From the NCBI GenBank assembly GCA_963695555.1, contig CAVOGR010000002.1, forward strand, positions 448,001 to 512,000: a stretch of DNA of 64,000 bases, read 5' to 3'. Below are positions 1 to 9,659 of this stretch, piece by piece. The DNA is from an uncultured Gemmatimonadales bacterium (lineage in GTDB: Bacteria; Gemmatimonadota; Gemmatimonadetes; Gemmatimonadales; GWC2-71-9). The position numbers and the translations under genes are program-made. The notes beneath the pieces were generated by a model. That model saw nothing but the letters and a program-made list of their open reading frames with translations. It searched no databases and was not told the DNA's origin. Position 1 is the stretch's first letter; each line of letters begins with the position of its first letter.

Positions 1-720
1 CACGTGCGCGGGCAGGCCAAGACCGTTGGGATTGATGACCGTGGCCAAGACGCCCACCAGCAAGGCCAGCCCGTAGTGCTTGGCCCAGGCGAGCCATGCG
101 GCGCGATTGGTTGGTGAGATCGCCTCCGCCAGAGCGCCCACCAGGTAAATGCCGACAAGGACCAGGCCGAAGGAAAACCCACCATGCAGGTTGGCCCACA
201 CGGCAAACAAGACACCATAGATCCAAAGCTTCGCCGGTCGTTCACGTTCGAGCAGAAAGAGCAGCAGCACGACCGCGAGGAAGGTTACCAAATGCGGCCT
301 GGCCAACCAGTGAACCCCCCCCAGGATCGCGGCAACGGTACCGGTCACATAGGCGAGAAACGGATCGACCCCGCGCCTGAGCAGGAAGCGGGTGACCAGG
401 GCATAGGTAAGAGCGAGGAGTAGTCCGGCGAAGATAGCCACGCCGGCCAGCCCAGCCAGCTGGTAGACGCCGGCATACATCACCTCGCTCAGCCACTCGA
501 AAGCAACAAAGGGCTGGCCCGCCTTGGTCCAGGAAAAGAAATCTTGCCGCACCAGCGCCCGGTGCTCGAGCATGTAGCTCCCGAGCCGCAGGTGCCTCGG
601 CAGGTCACCATCCCCGTTGATGAGGCGGCCGTAGAACACCAGCGGTATCACCAGCGCCCATGTGAGGAACACGAGATCGAAGATGGCGGGCTGGATCGAC
701 TTCCTGTGAGAATCGGTCAG
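1..720 (-). CDS. Polytopic membrane protein, putative GT-C-fold glycosyltransferase (3' end runs off the window)
   Basis: Translated by hand because it is not in the ORF track: open frame from 720 to 1, LTDSHRKSIQPAIFDLVFLTWALVIPLVFYGRLINGDGDLPRHLRLG...FEWLSE...RPHL...WANLHGGF...INPNG. It has many TM segments. An in-frame TGA lies just upstream, so the start is CTG at 720 (GAGGGG RBS) or a GTG near 672. Confidence 0.75.
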   Translation of the reverse strand, partial: MTDSHRKSIQPAIFDLVFLTWALVIPLVFYGRLINGDGDLPRHLRLGSYMLEHRALVRQDFFSWTKAGQPFVAFEWLSEVMYAGVYQLAGLAGVAIFAGLLLALTYALVTRFLLRRGVDPFLAYVTGTVAAILGGVHWLARPHLVTFLAVVLLLFLLERERPAKLWIYGVLFAVWANLHGGFSFGLVLVGIYLVGALAEAISPTNRAAWLAWAKHYGLALLVGVLATVINPNGLGLPAHV

Positions 721-987
721 GGTACCAGCCCCCTCGTAATGGGTGATGCTTCAACGACGCGCCGAGATAAGGTACGCTCGGTTCCGCAAATGGGGTGCCC
801 CTCCGGATTTTCATGGACCAGGGGGACTCATGGGTGTGGGGTGGTCGCTATGTGTGACGGCGGTCACACGGACCGACGCGGAAGCGCAACAGCCACAGGC
901 CGACCCCCGTCAGGGCCCGAAATTCTAAGTTGTTGTAATACAACACGTTATAATACCGACAACCACTCTCCCCCTCCTTCTCTTGCG

Positions 988-1001
988 GGCACGTCGATTG
1001 C
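988..1001 (+). promoter_or_regulatory. Sigma54 (-24/-12) promoter upstream of flp
   Basis: GGCACgtcgaTTGC has exact GG-N10-GC spacing. It lies about 130 nt upstream of flp, with an AT-rich IHF-like tract at 921-955. Confidence 0.7.
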
Positions 1002-1129
1002 GCAGTACCTTCGCCGCTGGTTGTTAAGCAGCGAGGGCTGCGATCGCTGTCCAGACGGCAGCGTCGTTTCGTGGTCCCCGCTCTTCGTGTCCCCGGTGTC
1101 TCAGTGTCAACTTTATGGAGGCCGCACTT

Positions 1130-1324
1130 ATGAAGACCCTTCTCACTCGGCTGCTCAGCGATGAGTCCGGTCAGGGGCTGACCGAATACGCCCTGATCAT
1201 CGCCCTCGTCGCCGTCGCCCTCGTGGCGATCCTGGTCCTGTTCCGGAATGCCATCGGCGGTGTATTCGACACCGGGGCGCAGGTCCTCAACAACGCTCCG
1301 AACTCACCAGCGTACGTCCCGTAA
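1130..1324 (+). CDS. flp: Flp/Fap type IVc major pilin
   Basis: G|QGLTEYALII Flp motif followed by a hydrophobic helix; GGAGG RBS before ATG 1130. Confidence 0.95.
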   Translation: MKTLLTRLLSDESGQGLTEYALIIALVAVALVAILVLFRNAIGGVFDTGAQVLNNAPNSPAYVP

Positions 1325-1335
1325 AGCTTGGGTGG

Positions 1336-1373
1336 AAGCAGCGGGTCGGGGGAACCCCGATCCCGCTGCTTTT
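1336..1373 (+). terminator. Hairpin after flp (terminator or mRNA stabiliser)
   Basis: AAGCAGCGGG-TCGGGG-GAA-CCCCGA-T-CCCGCTGCTT-TT. Confidence 0.8.
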
Positions 1374-1401
1374 GCCTTTGTACGGGAGGAATGGTGCGCC
1401 A

Positions 1402-1923
1402 GTGCGCCTCGTCTTTGATGTCACGTTGGTCGCTCTGGCTCTGGCCGGTGGATGGTACGATGTCCGCACGCGGAGAATCCCCAACGCCCTGACCCTCACG
1501 GGCCTGCTTGTTGGGCTCCTGCTTCGGGTGCCGTTCGGCCTGCCAGCGGTTGCGGACGGGGTTGTCGGAGCGGGGTTCGGGTTCCTCGTTGCTGTCCCGC
1601 TGTTTGCCCTAGGCGCCTTCGGTGGTGGGGACACCAAGTTCCTCATTGCCTTGGGCGCCTTTCTTGGCGGCAGCCGCCTCCTCGGGGCCCTGCTGGTCAT
1701 CGCCGTTGTCGGCGGCGTGCTGGCCGTGCTGGACGCGATCCGGCGCGGCGCCATGGTCCGTCTCTTGCGGGACTCGGTTGCGCTTACCCTGAACCTGGTA
1801 ACTTTCGGGCGGGTAGGATCGAGACCCACGATTGAGTCGCCCGGTGTTGCCACGATACCCTATGGCGTTCCGATGGCAATTGGTGCGGTTGCCTGGTGGT
1901 TTCTTGGAGGGAAAGTGCTATGA
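1402..1923 (+). CDS. cpaA: Prepilin peptidase, A24 family (CpaA/TadV)
   Basis: YDVRTRRIPN and GGGDTK aspartate motifs; C-terminal IPYGVPMA; GTG start after GGGAGG. Confidence 0.92.
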   Translation: MRLVFDVTLVALALAGGWYDVRTRRIPNALTLTGLLVGLLLRVPFGLPAVADGVVGAGFGFLVAVPLFALGAFGGGDTKFLIALGAFLGGSRLLGALLVIAVVGGVLAVLDAIRRGAMVRLLRDSVALTLNLVTFGRVGSRPTIESPGVATIPYGVPMAIGAVAWWFLGGKVL

Positions 1924-2345
1924 CGTTGCGCGCTCGGCTCAGACGTTCGGATGCGGGCCAGTCTCTGGTTGAGTTTGCCCTAGTGATGCCGATCGTGCTG
2001 CTCATGCTCGTCGGGATCATCGAATTTGGCCGCGCCTGGAACGTGCAGCAGGTCATGACGGATGCGGCTCGGGAAGGAGCGCGCCACGGCGTGCTGGCTA
2101 ATCCTGCGATTACCCAACAGAGTGTCGTAGGGACGATCAACACGGCCCTCGCGCGCGCGGCGATCGATACCAATACCACCCAGATCACCTTGACAGGATT
2201 CGGCAGCGGCACGGGCAACCTGCTCACGGTCGATGTCCAATATCCCTATCAGTTCCGGTTCCTTGGGGTGCTCATCAACCTGGCCAACTTGGGCCAGAAT
2301 GGGTACGTCGTATTGAAGACCCAATTCGTGATGCGGAACGAGTAG
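1920..2345 (+). CDS. tadE: TadE-like minor pilin
   Basis: GQSLVEFALVMP...AAREGAR motif; start overlaps the cpaA stop. Confidence 0.92.
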   Translation: MTLRARLRRSDAGQSLVEFALVMPIVLLMLVGIIEFGRAWNVQQVMTDAAREGARHGVLANPAITQQSVVGTINTALARAAIDTNTTQITLTGFGSGTGNLLTVDVQYPYQFRFLGVLINLANLGQNGYVVLKTQFVMRNE

Positions 2346-2361
2346 GCCGAGGCACACGCAA

Positions 2362-3195
2362 ATGAAACGACCCCAACCCTGGCTGCTCCTGGTGCTTGCA
2401 CTCGGCTTCGGAACCGCCGCGGCGTACTTGGCGCTCAACTACATCCGGAATCAGACGACCCCGCTCCTGTCGGCCGAGGCGCCGAAGGGGCAAGTCGTCC
2501 TCGCGATGAAGGATCTCCCGATCGGCGCGATTGTGGGCGCGCAGGATATCCGCGCAGTGGATTGGCCGGGCGATGCCCTCCCACCGGGCTTTCTCAGCGT
2601 TCCCGAGGAGGTCGTCGGACGAGGGGTCATTACCCCTGTCAAGCTCAATGAGCCCTTCCTGGAGGGGAAACTCGCCCCGCGGGGCGCAGGGGGTGGAATT
2701 ACTACCATCATCACCGAAGGATTACGAGCGCTGAGTGTCCGGGTCGATGAGGTGATTGCCGTGGCCGGGTTCGTCATCCCGGGCACGCGGGTCGACGTAT
2801 TGATCACGAAGAACGTGGCCGGCCAGAATACCACGCGCGCCATTCTTCAGAATGTTCAGGTGCTTGCAGCCGGCCAATCGATCCAAACCGATGCAGAGGG
2901 CAAGCCACAGACGGTGGCGGTCATTACGGTGCTCCTGTCGCCGGAGCAGGCCGAGCTGCTGACCCTGGCCGCGAACGATGGACGGATCCAGATGACCCTG
3001 CGGAACGCCCTCGACACCGTTCAGGTCGTCACATCCGGGGCGCGATCCTCCGAGCTGCTCTCGGTGGGCCGCCGCCCGACGCGTACCACTCGCCCCAGGG
3101 TGTCGGCCCAGGCGGCCACCCTGCCGCGGCAGACGGAGACGATCATCGAGGTGTTCAAGGGCGGGCAGAAGACGCTGACCAAGTTCAACAACTGA
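2362..3195 (+). CDS. cpaB: Flp pilus assembly protein CpaB/RcpC
   Basis: N-terminal TM, SAF domain, GLRALSVRVD...VAGFVIPGTRVDVL. Confidence 0.93.
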   Translation: MKRPQPWLLLVLALGFGTAAAYLALNYIRNQTTPLLSAEAPKGQVVLAMKDLPIGAIVGAQDIRAVDWPGDALPPGFLSVPEEVVGRGVITPVKLNEPFLEGKLAPRGAGGGITTIITEGLRALSVRVDEVIAVAGFVIPGTRVDVLITKNVAGQNTTRAILQNVQVLAAGQSIQTDAEGKPQTVAVITVLLSPEQAELLTLAANDGRIQMTLRNALDTVQVVTSGARSSELLSVGRRPTRTTRPRVSAQAATLPRQTETIIEVFKGGQKTLTKFNN

Positions 3196-3208
3196 GCTGA
3201 CCCAAACC

Positions 3209-4519
3209 TTGCGAGGGGTGTTCGTGTCGATTCAACGGTTGCTTTCCAGATCCAGCTTGGCACCTCGCGGTCGCCGGTGGTCGGTGTTGACACTGGTGGC
3301 GCTGGCCTATCTACCCGCATCCCTCGGGGCCCAGCAGGTTCTGAAGGAGCCGGAACAGGTGCTCTCGGTTGCGAGGGGAGCGTCGCTCTTGTTGACCAAC
3401 CCCTTCCGCTTCGAGCGGGTTGCCTTGGGCGACCCTTCGATTGCAGAGGCGAATGCGGTCTCCCCCACCGAACTCCTGATCACCGGCCAGACCCTCGGCA
3501 CGACCAGCCTCCTGATCTGGTCAACCACGGGTACGCCGAGGTTCTATTCGGTGGAGGTCACCGCCGATGCACCCGGCCTCGAGCGCTTCATCAAGGAACT
3601 CATGCCGGACGAGGATATCCGGGTCTCTGCCAGTGGCAACACTGTGACCCTGTCGGGCACGGTACGGGATCCCAACTCGGTGGCCCGCGCCATCGAGATC
3701 GCCGAAACGAGCGGGGCCACCGTCATCGACAACCTGGTGGCGCCGCCGGCGGTTCAGGTTCTGCTGCAGGTGCGTTTTGCGGAAATTACCCGGAGCGGGA
3801 TGAAGGACTTTGCGACCGCCCTCTCGACCTTGAACCCGCAGGACCTGAGCGATAACGGCGATTGGGAGGGCGAATCGATTTCTGACGGACTGCTGAGGGT
3901 GCTGCTCTCCAATCCGAACGCCAATATCGAAGGCATTATTAGGGCGTCGATATCCAAGGGCAACTTCCGGAGCCTGGCCGAGCCGAATCTCCTGACATTG
4001 CCCGGCAAGGAAGCCTATTTCCTGGCTGGCGGCGAGTTCCCGTACCCCACGATCCAAAGCGGCGGCAGCCAGAACGTGACGATCATCTTCAAGGAATTCG
4101 GGATCAAGCTTCGCTTCACGCCCAACATTACCCGCAGCGGAGCCATCCGGCTCAAGGTGGAGCCGGAGGTGTCCTCGCTCGACTTCGCCAACGGCCTGGT
4201 GATTGGCGGATTCCAGATCCCGACCCTGATCACCCGCAAGGCCCAGACCGAGGTCGAGCTCCGGGCGGGCCAGTATTTGGCCATTGCCGGGCTCATCGAC
4301 AACAATCTGATCGATAACGTGAGCAAGATCCCCATCCTCGGGGACATCCCGATTCTGGGCCAGTTCTTCCGGACCACCGATGCCCGGCAGCGCCGGAGCG
4401 AACTACTGGTGTTGATCACCCCGCACTTCGTCGTCGCCAACGAGACAGCGGTCCCGCTGCCGACCGGCGAGCCCGAGACCTGGAAGTGGCCCGGGTGGCT
4501 CAAGTATCCGAAGAACTAG
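3209..4519 (+). CDS. cpaC: Tad secretin CpaC/RcpA
   Basis: Signal peptide, BON-like segment and secretin motifs (LAEPNL, FLAGGEFP, KIPILGDIPILGQFF). The start may be a few codons later. Confidence 0.93.
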   Translation: MRGVFVSIQRLLSRSSLAPRGRRWSVLTLVALAYLPASLGAQQVLKEPEQVLSVARGASLLLTNPFRFERVALGDPSIAEANAVSPTELLITGQTLGTTSLLIWSTTGTPRFYSVEVTADAPGLERFIKELMPDEDIRVSASGNTVTLSGTVRDPNSVARAIEIAETSGATVIDNLVAPPAVQVLLQVRFAEITRSGMKDFATALSTLNPQDLSDNGDWEGESISDGLLRVLLSNPNANIEGIIRASISKGNFRSLAEPNLLTLPGKEAYFLAGGEFPYPTIQSGGSQNVTIIFKEFGIKLRFTPNITRSGAIRLKVEPEVSSLDFANGLVIGGFQIPTLITRKAQTEVELRAGQYLAIAGLIDNNLIDNVSKIPILGDIPILGQFFRTTDARQRRSELLVLITPHFVVANETAVPLPTGEPETWKWPGWLKYPKN

Positions 4520-4557
4520 GGGCGGCTGGCCGCTCATCCCCCTGGAGGAACCTGGCA

Positions 4558-5841
4558 ATGCAGTCCAACCGAAGTTTGGTCCGGAACACGCGAGGCGCGA
4601 CGCTTGCTTTGATCGCCGTCTCCATGATCGTAGTGTTGGCGATGGCGGCACTCGCGATCGACCTAGGGATGCTGATCAAGACCCGCGCCGAGGCCCAGCG
4701 CACCGCCGACGCGGCGGCGCTGGCCGGTGCGAGCGCCTTCCTGAGCGGTCCCGCGGTGGCGCATGTGCAGGACGCCATCGGCCGGGCGCTCGAGGTGGCT
4801 GCCAATAACTATGTGGACGCGAACTACGTGGACACCACGGGACAAACGCAGCAGGTGACCGGCGGGAGTACCTGGGCCTACACCAACGAGGCCACTGTCG
4901 AAGTGGTACCAAACGACGTGTTGGTACGGGTCACGATCAGGCGTCCCAACGTCGGGACCTGGTTTGCCGAGGTGCTCGGAATCCAACTCGTACCCGTGCT
5001 GGGCCGGGCCGCGGCGGTGGCGGCCCAGACGGGCGCCGCGCGGTGCGTCAAGCCCTTCGCCGTCCCGGACATCTGGGATGAGAACTCGGCTATGCGGACC
5101 GGAGGCCCCTACTTCGAGACCGGCGATACTGATGGCGATTTGGAGTGGGACTGGAACGAGCACTGGGTGTTCGACGACGCCACCTCGCCCTACAACGGGA
5201 CCGACTACTACGAGCCTTACGACCCCAATGTGGCAAGCGGTACCCAGACCGGTTATGGCAGTCCGTGGCGGAACGGGAACGGCTCCGGAGTCGTCGGCGA
5301 CTACGGTCGCCCACTGGTCATCAAGGCCCAGAGCCCGTCAGGGGCGCTCGGCCCTGGGTTCTTCTATCCGTGGCGGCTGCCGGGTCTCCAAGGGGCCTCC
5401 GACTACTTCGACGCCATCGTGGGCTGCCCAGTACCCGGTGCGGTGTCGGTCGGTACCCCCTACGACGTCGAGACCGGCAACATGGTGGGGCCGACGCATC
5501 AAGCCATCGACAGCCTGATTTCCACGGACCCCAACGCCCAGTGGAACTCCTTGGCGGGGCAGGTCACCGGTTGGGACCAGACGCGGTATGGCACGGATTG
5601 GCGGAACAGCCCCCGGGTCATCAAGGTCGGGCTCATGGACCCGCACGAGGTCATCGATATTCACGACGGCGGGCATACCCAGGTGACCTTCAACAACTTC
5701 GCGCTGCTCTTCCTCGAGGGGTTCCAGGGCAATGGCAACCAGGCGCCGCTCGTCGCGCGCTTCCTCTGGTTCGTGAGCGGCACCGGGAACCCCGGTGGCG
5801 GTCCCGGGTCGCTCGTGAGGACTCTCCAGCTTGTCGAGTAG
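4558..5841 (+). CDS. tadG: TadG-like pilus tip/adhesin protein
   Basis: RGATLALIA...LAIDLG...AQRTADAAALAGA Tad N-terminal motif; GGAGG RBS before ATG 4558. Confidence 0.85.
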   Translation: MQSNRSLVRNTRGATLALIAVSMIVVLAMAALAIDLGMLIKTRAEAQRTADAAALAGASAFLSGPAVAHVQDAIGRALEVAANNYVDANYVDTTGQTQQVTGGSTWAYTNEATVEVVPNDVLVRVTIRRPNVGTWFAEVLGIQLVPVLGRAAAVAAQTGAARCVKPFAVPDIWDENSAMRTGGPYFETGDTDGDLEWDWNEHWVFDDATSPYNGTDYYEPYDPNVASGTQTGYGSPWRNGNGSGVVGDYGRPLVIKAQSPSGALGPGFFYPWRLPGLQGASDYFDAIVGCPVPGAVSVGTPYDVETGNMVGPTHQAIDSLISTDPNAQWNSLAGQVTGWDQTRYGTDWRNSPRVIKVGLMDPHEVIDIHDGGHTQVTFNNFALLFLEGFQGNGNQAPLVARFLWFVSGTGNPGGGPGSLVRTLQLVE

Positions 5842-7129
5842 CGACCCGAGGCCCGGGACCGCCCCGACGCGACCGGTTCCATGCGCGGTCATCTCGACCG
5901 ATGGCGCGTTCCGGAAGATCGTGGAGCAGGCGGTCCGCCATCCCGACGCGGGGACCACGCTCGAGATCGAGTTCGGGGTCCCGTTCGCGGCCTTCGGGAA
6001 CGTCGAACTGAAGGCGCTCAAGGGGGCGTCTCCCGAGGTCGTGATCGTCGACCTGGGGGACGACCCCGCGCTCGGCATCAAGCTGGCCCATTTTCTTGCA
6101 GGGGCATCCTCCCCTTCCTATAGAATTATCGCGTCGGGGCCAACACTCGAGGCCGAGCTCTTGCTCGAGCTCATGCGCGGAGGCATCACCGAGTTTCTGC
6201 CCAAGCCGGTGACGCCCGAGGAAGTGCGCGAGGCGGTGCGCCGGATCAAGTCGAGCACGGTCTCGACCGGCCCGGGACCGGCCACGACTCTCGGGGAGAT
6301 CTACGCCTTTTTTGGTTCCAAGGGAGGCTCGGGGGCCACTACCCTCGCCACCAACCTCGCGATCGTGCTGCACCGGCTCACCAAGAAGACGACGCTCCTG
6401 GTGGATCTCGACATGGAGCTGGGCGAGGCGTCGCTCTTGCTAGGCATTCAGCCGCGGTTCAACTTCGTCGACCTGATTCAGAATTTCCACCGGGTGGACG
6501 CCGGGCTCCTGGCCTCCTACATCGAGCGCCACGAATCGGGAGTGCACCTGCTGTCGGCGCCATTCCATCCCGATCGAGCTCAAGTCGTGAGCGCCGACCA
6601 AATCCGCCGAATCTTGCAGTATCTCAAACAACACTACGAGTACATCGTCATCGATGTCTCGAAGTCCTTTACGCCGGTCACGATGGCCGCCTTCGAGCAA
6701 GCGGATCAGATCTTTCTTACGACGACGGTTGATCTTCCGTCGCTGCGCAACGTGCAGCGGGCCCTCCCCATGCTGCAACGGGTGACCCGGGGAGATAAGG
6801 AGCGGATCCGCCTCCTGCTCAATCGATTTGAGAAAGGCGGCGAGGTGAGCACTCGTGAGGTGGAGCGCTCCGTCGGGATCCCGGTCTACGCGACCCTCAG
6901 CAACGACTACGAAGCAGTGATGCGATCCCTCAACACGGGGAAACCCGTGGTGCTGAACGGCAACTCGCCATACTCCCAGGACCTGACCAAGCTGGGCACG
7001 CGCATCACCGGCGTCCAGAACCAGAAGACGCCAACGGGGGCATTCCAGCGCTTCACCAGTGGCTTGGCTCGGGTCGTGCCCGGTCGGCGCCGAGAATCCA
7101 AGCCACCCAAGGGGAAGTCGGATGAGTGA
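5831..7129 (+). CDS. cpaE: CpaE/TadZ (receiver domain plus MinD-like ATPase)
   Basis: Receiver-like N-terminus (VIVDL, FLPKP) and deviant Walker [11 protein letters not shown]. Confidence 0.9.
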   Translation: MSSSDPRPGTAPTRPVPCAVISTDGAFRKIVEQAVRHPDAGTTLEIEFGVPFAAFGNVELKALKGASPEVVIVDLGDDPALGIKLAHFLAGASSPSYRIIASGPTLEAELLLELMRGGITEFLPKPVTPEEVREAVRRIKSSTVSTGPGPATTLGEIYAFFGSKGGSGATTLATNLAIVLHRLTKKTTLLVDLDMELGEASLLLGIQPRFNFVDLIQNFHRVDAGLLASYIERHESGVHLLSAPFHPDRAQVVSADQIRRILQYLKQHYEYIVIDVSKSFTPVTMAAFEQADQIFLTTTVDLPSLRNVQRALPMLQRVTRGDKERIRLLLNRFEKGGEVSTREVERSVGIPVYATLSNDYEAVMRSLNTGKPVVLNGNSPYSQDLTKLGTRITGVQNQKTPTGAFQRFTSGLARVVPGRRRESKPPKGKSDE

Positions 7130-8678
7130 CTCGACCAAGGACCGAGGACGGGAACGGCTGCCGTGGGAAGCACCGGACGCCGACCCGCCGCCCGCCAAAG
7201 CGGACCCCGCGGCACGCGGTGGCCCGAAGGGCCCGCCCCCGTCCCCGCCGGCCGGCCGGGAGCAGTCGTGGGCCGGCGATGGCAAGGGCGATGCGTTGCC
7301 CTGGGAGTCTCCCAGCGCGCCTGGCTCAGGGTCTGCTCCGTCGTCCACGGAGCCGGCAGCCCAGCAGTGGGGCACCGACATGCACGACATCCAGCAGGTC
7401 AAAGGCCGGATCCACCGGCGCCTGCTGGAGCGTCTCAACCTGTCGAATCTCGACAAACTGGAACGCGACCAGGTGGTGGCCGCGATCCGCAAGGTGGTGC
7501 ACGAGTTGCTCACCCAAGAGTCGGTTCCTCTCAATTACGAGGAGCGCGAGCTTTTGGTGGGCCAGGTATTGGACGAGATCTTCGGCCTGGGACCGCTCGA
7601 GCCGCTGATGAAGGACCACAACGTGTCCGACATCTTGGTAAACACCTTCAAGAGTGTCTATGTCGAGCGTCATGGCCTGATCGAGCGCACCGACGTCCGC
7701 TTCCAGGATGATCGCCACTTGCTCCAGATCATCGACCGGATCGTCTCGGCGGTGGGTCGGCGCATCGATGATTCCTCGCCCATGGTGGACGCTCGGCTGC
7801 CCGACGGGTCGCGGGTCAACGCGATCATCAAGCCGCTGGCGCTCGACGGTCCTCATCTGTCGATCCGTAAATTCAAGCGCGATGCGCTGACCGGCGAGGA
7901 CCTGCTCCGCACCGAGACATTGACCGAGCCGATGCTCGCGCTCCTCAGCGGGATCGTCAAGTCTCGGCTCAACGTCTTGATCTCGGGGGGCACCGGGGCC
8001 GGGAAGACCACGCTGCTCAACATCCTGTCCGGGTTCATCCCGGTCACCGAGCGCATCGTCACCATCGAGGACTCGGCCGAACTGCAGCTGCGCCAGCCCC
8101 ATGTGGTCCGGCTGGAGACTCGTGCGCCGAACATTGAAGGCAGTGGCGCCGTGTCGCAGCGGCTCCTGCTCATCAACGCACTCCGGATGCGCCCCGACCG
8201 GATCATCGTAGGGGAGGTGCGGGGAGAAGAAGCGATCGACATGCTCCAGGCCATGAATACCGGGCACGACGGCTCGCTCACTACGCTCCACGCCAACACC
8301 CCACGCGACGCGCTGAGCCGGTTGGAAACCATGATATCGATGGCACGACTGGATCTCCCGGAGCGGGCCATGCGCCAGCAAACGGCGAGCGCCATTCAGG
8401 TGGTGATCCAGGTGGCCCGGTTATCGGACGGCACCCGCAAGGTGATTCAAATATCCGAGATCGTGGGTATTGAGGGAGAAGTCATCACCATGCAGGACAT
8501 CTTCACGTATCAGCGACATGGTCTCGGCGAAGGCGGCAAGGTAACAGGCGAGTTTCGTGCGACGGGAATCCGCCCCCGCTTTGCGGACCGGATGAAGGCG
8601 TACGGGATCGATCTGCCCGCCGTGCTGTTCGACAACATCCTGGGTGAGGAGCCGTCCCGGAAAGGACGGCGGGCGTAG
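7122..8678 (+). CDS. cpaF: Tad motor ATPase CpaF/TadA
   Basis: [39 protein letters not shown]. It has a Pro-rich N-terminal extension; an alternative start is ATG 7380. Confidence 0.95.
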   Translation: MSDSTKDRGRERLPWEAPDADPPPAKADPAARGGPKGPPPSPPAGREQSWAGDGKGDALPWESPSAPGSGSAPSSTEPAAQQWGTDMHDIQQVKGRIHRRLLERLNLSNLDKLERDQVVAAIRKVVHELLTQESVPLNYEERELLVGQVLDEIFGLGPLEPLMKDHNVSDILVNTFKSVYVERHGLIERTDVRFQDDRHLLQIIDRIVSAVGRRIDDSSPMVDARLPDGSRVNAIIKPLALDGPHLSIRKFKRDALTGEDLLRTETLTEPMLALLSGIVKSRLNVLISGGTGAGKTTLLNILSGFIPVTERIVTIEDSAELQLRQPHVVRLETRAPNIEGSGAVSQRLLLINALRMRPDRIIVGEVRGEEAIDMLQAMNTGHDGSLTTLHANTPRDALSRLETMISMARLDLPERAMRQQTASAIQVVIQVARLSDGTRKVIQISEIVGIEGEVITMQDIFTYQRHGLGEGGKVTGEFRATGIRPRFADRMKAYGIDLPAVLFDNILGEEPSRKGRRA

Positions 8679-9652
8679 TGCCCACCAGTTCGTGGCTGTC
8701 GGCCGGGATGGTCTTCCTGGCAGTGGCGCTGGGCACGGTGGCCATCGCGCTCTTGTTGGAGTTCTCGCGCGAGCGGCTTCGGGGCCGGAAGATGGTCGGC
8801 CAGCTTCGGAGGCTCGCCCAGGAAGGACCAGATGAAGCTTCGGACGCCTTGATCCGCAGGCCGGGCTTCCAGCAGAAACTGTTCGATCCTATTCTCGCGC
8901 ACCTTCCCCATGCGGCCGACATCGCCTTGCTCATGCAGCAGGGTGGCCTTCAGTGGACCCTACAGACCTACGCCGTTGTGACGCTTGGGCTGGCTCTGAG
9001 CTTCGGCCTGGCCGCCGCGCTCATCTTCCGGCTCTGGCTGGCGGGCCTGGCCGCCGCGCTCTTTGCCGCGTCCATCCCGTATGTGGTCATCAAGCGGAAG
9101 GCGGCCAAGCGAATGGGTCAGTTCGAGGCCCAGCTGCCGGGTGCCATCGATTTGATCGGACGCGCTATCCGGGCTGGCCACCCGCTGTCGGCAGGCCTCA
9201 AGATGGTGGCCGACGAAACCACCGACCCCATCGCCGGCGAGTTCCGGCGAGTCTTCGAAGAGCAGCGGTTCGGGCTGGCCTTCGAGGACACCCTGCTCTC
9301 CCTGGCGGATCGCGTGCCGCTGGTCGACGTACGAATCCTGAATACCGCCATTCTCATCCAGCGCGAGGTCGGAGGAAACCTGGCCGAAGTGTTGGATAAC
9401 ATGGCCCAGATGATCCGCCAGCGGTTCAAGCTCCGGCGCCAGTTGCGGGTGATCACGGCCCAAGGCCGGATCAGCGGCTACGTCCTCGCCGTGCTGCCCA
9501 TCGCGCTCGGGGTCGTCATCTTTCTGCTCAATCCGTCGTACATGTCCACGCTCTTCCAAGCCGGGATCGGCCGCATCCTCGTGGCTGGTGCCATCGTCTT
9601 GCAGATCTTGGGGTATTTCTGGATCCGCAAGATCGTGGATATCGACTTCTAG
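8678..9652 (+). CDS. tadB: TadB inner-membrane platform protein
   Basis: T2SS-F domain (RAIRAGHPL, IQREVGGNLAEVL). Confidence 0.93.
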   Translation: MPTSSWLSAGMVFLAVALGTVAIALLLEFSRERLRGRKMVGQLRRLAQEGPDEASDALIRRPGFQQKLFDPILAHLPHAADIALLMQQGGLQWTLQTYAVVTLGLALSFGLAAALIFRLWLAGLAAALFAASIPYVVIKRKAAKRMGQFEAQLPGAIDLIGRAIRAGHPLSAGLKMVADETTDPIAGEFRRVFEEQRFGLAFEDTLLSLADRVPLVDVRILNTAILIQREVGGNLAEVLDNMAQMIRQRFKLRRQLRVITAQGRISGYVLAVLPIALGVVIFLLNPSYMSTLFQAGIGRILVAGAIVLQILGYFWIRKIVDIDF

Positions 9653-9659
9653 AGGCGCC

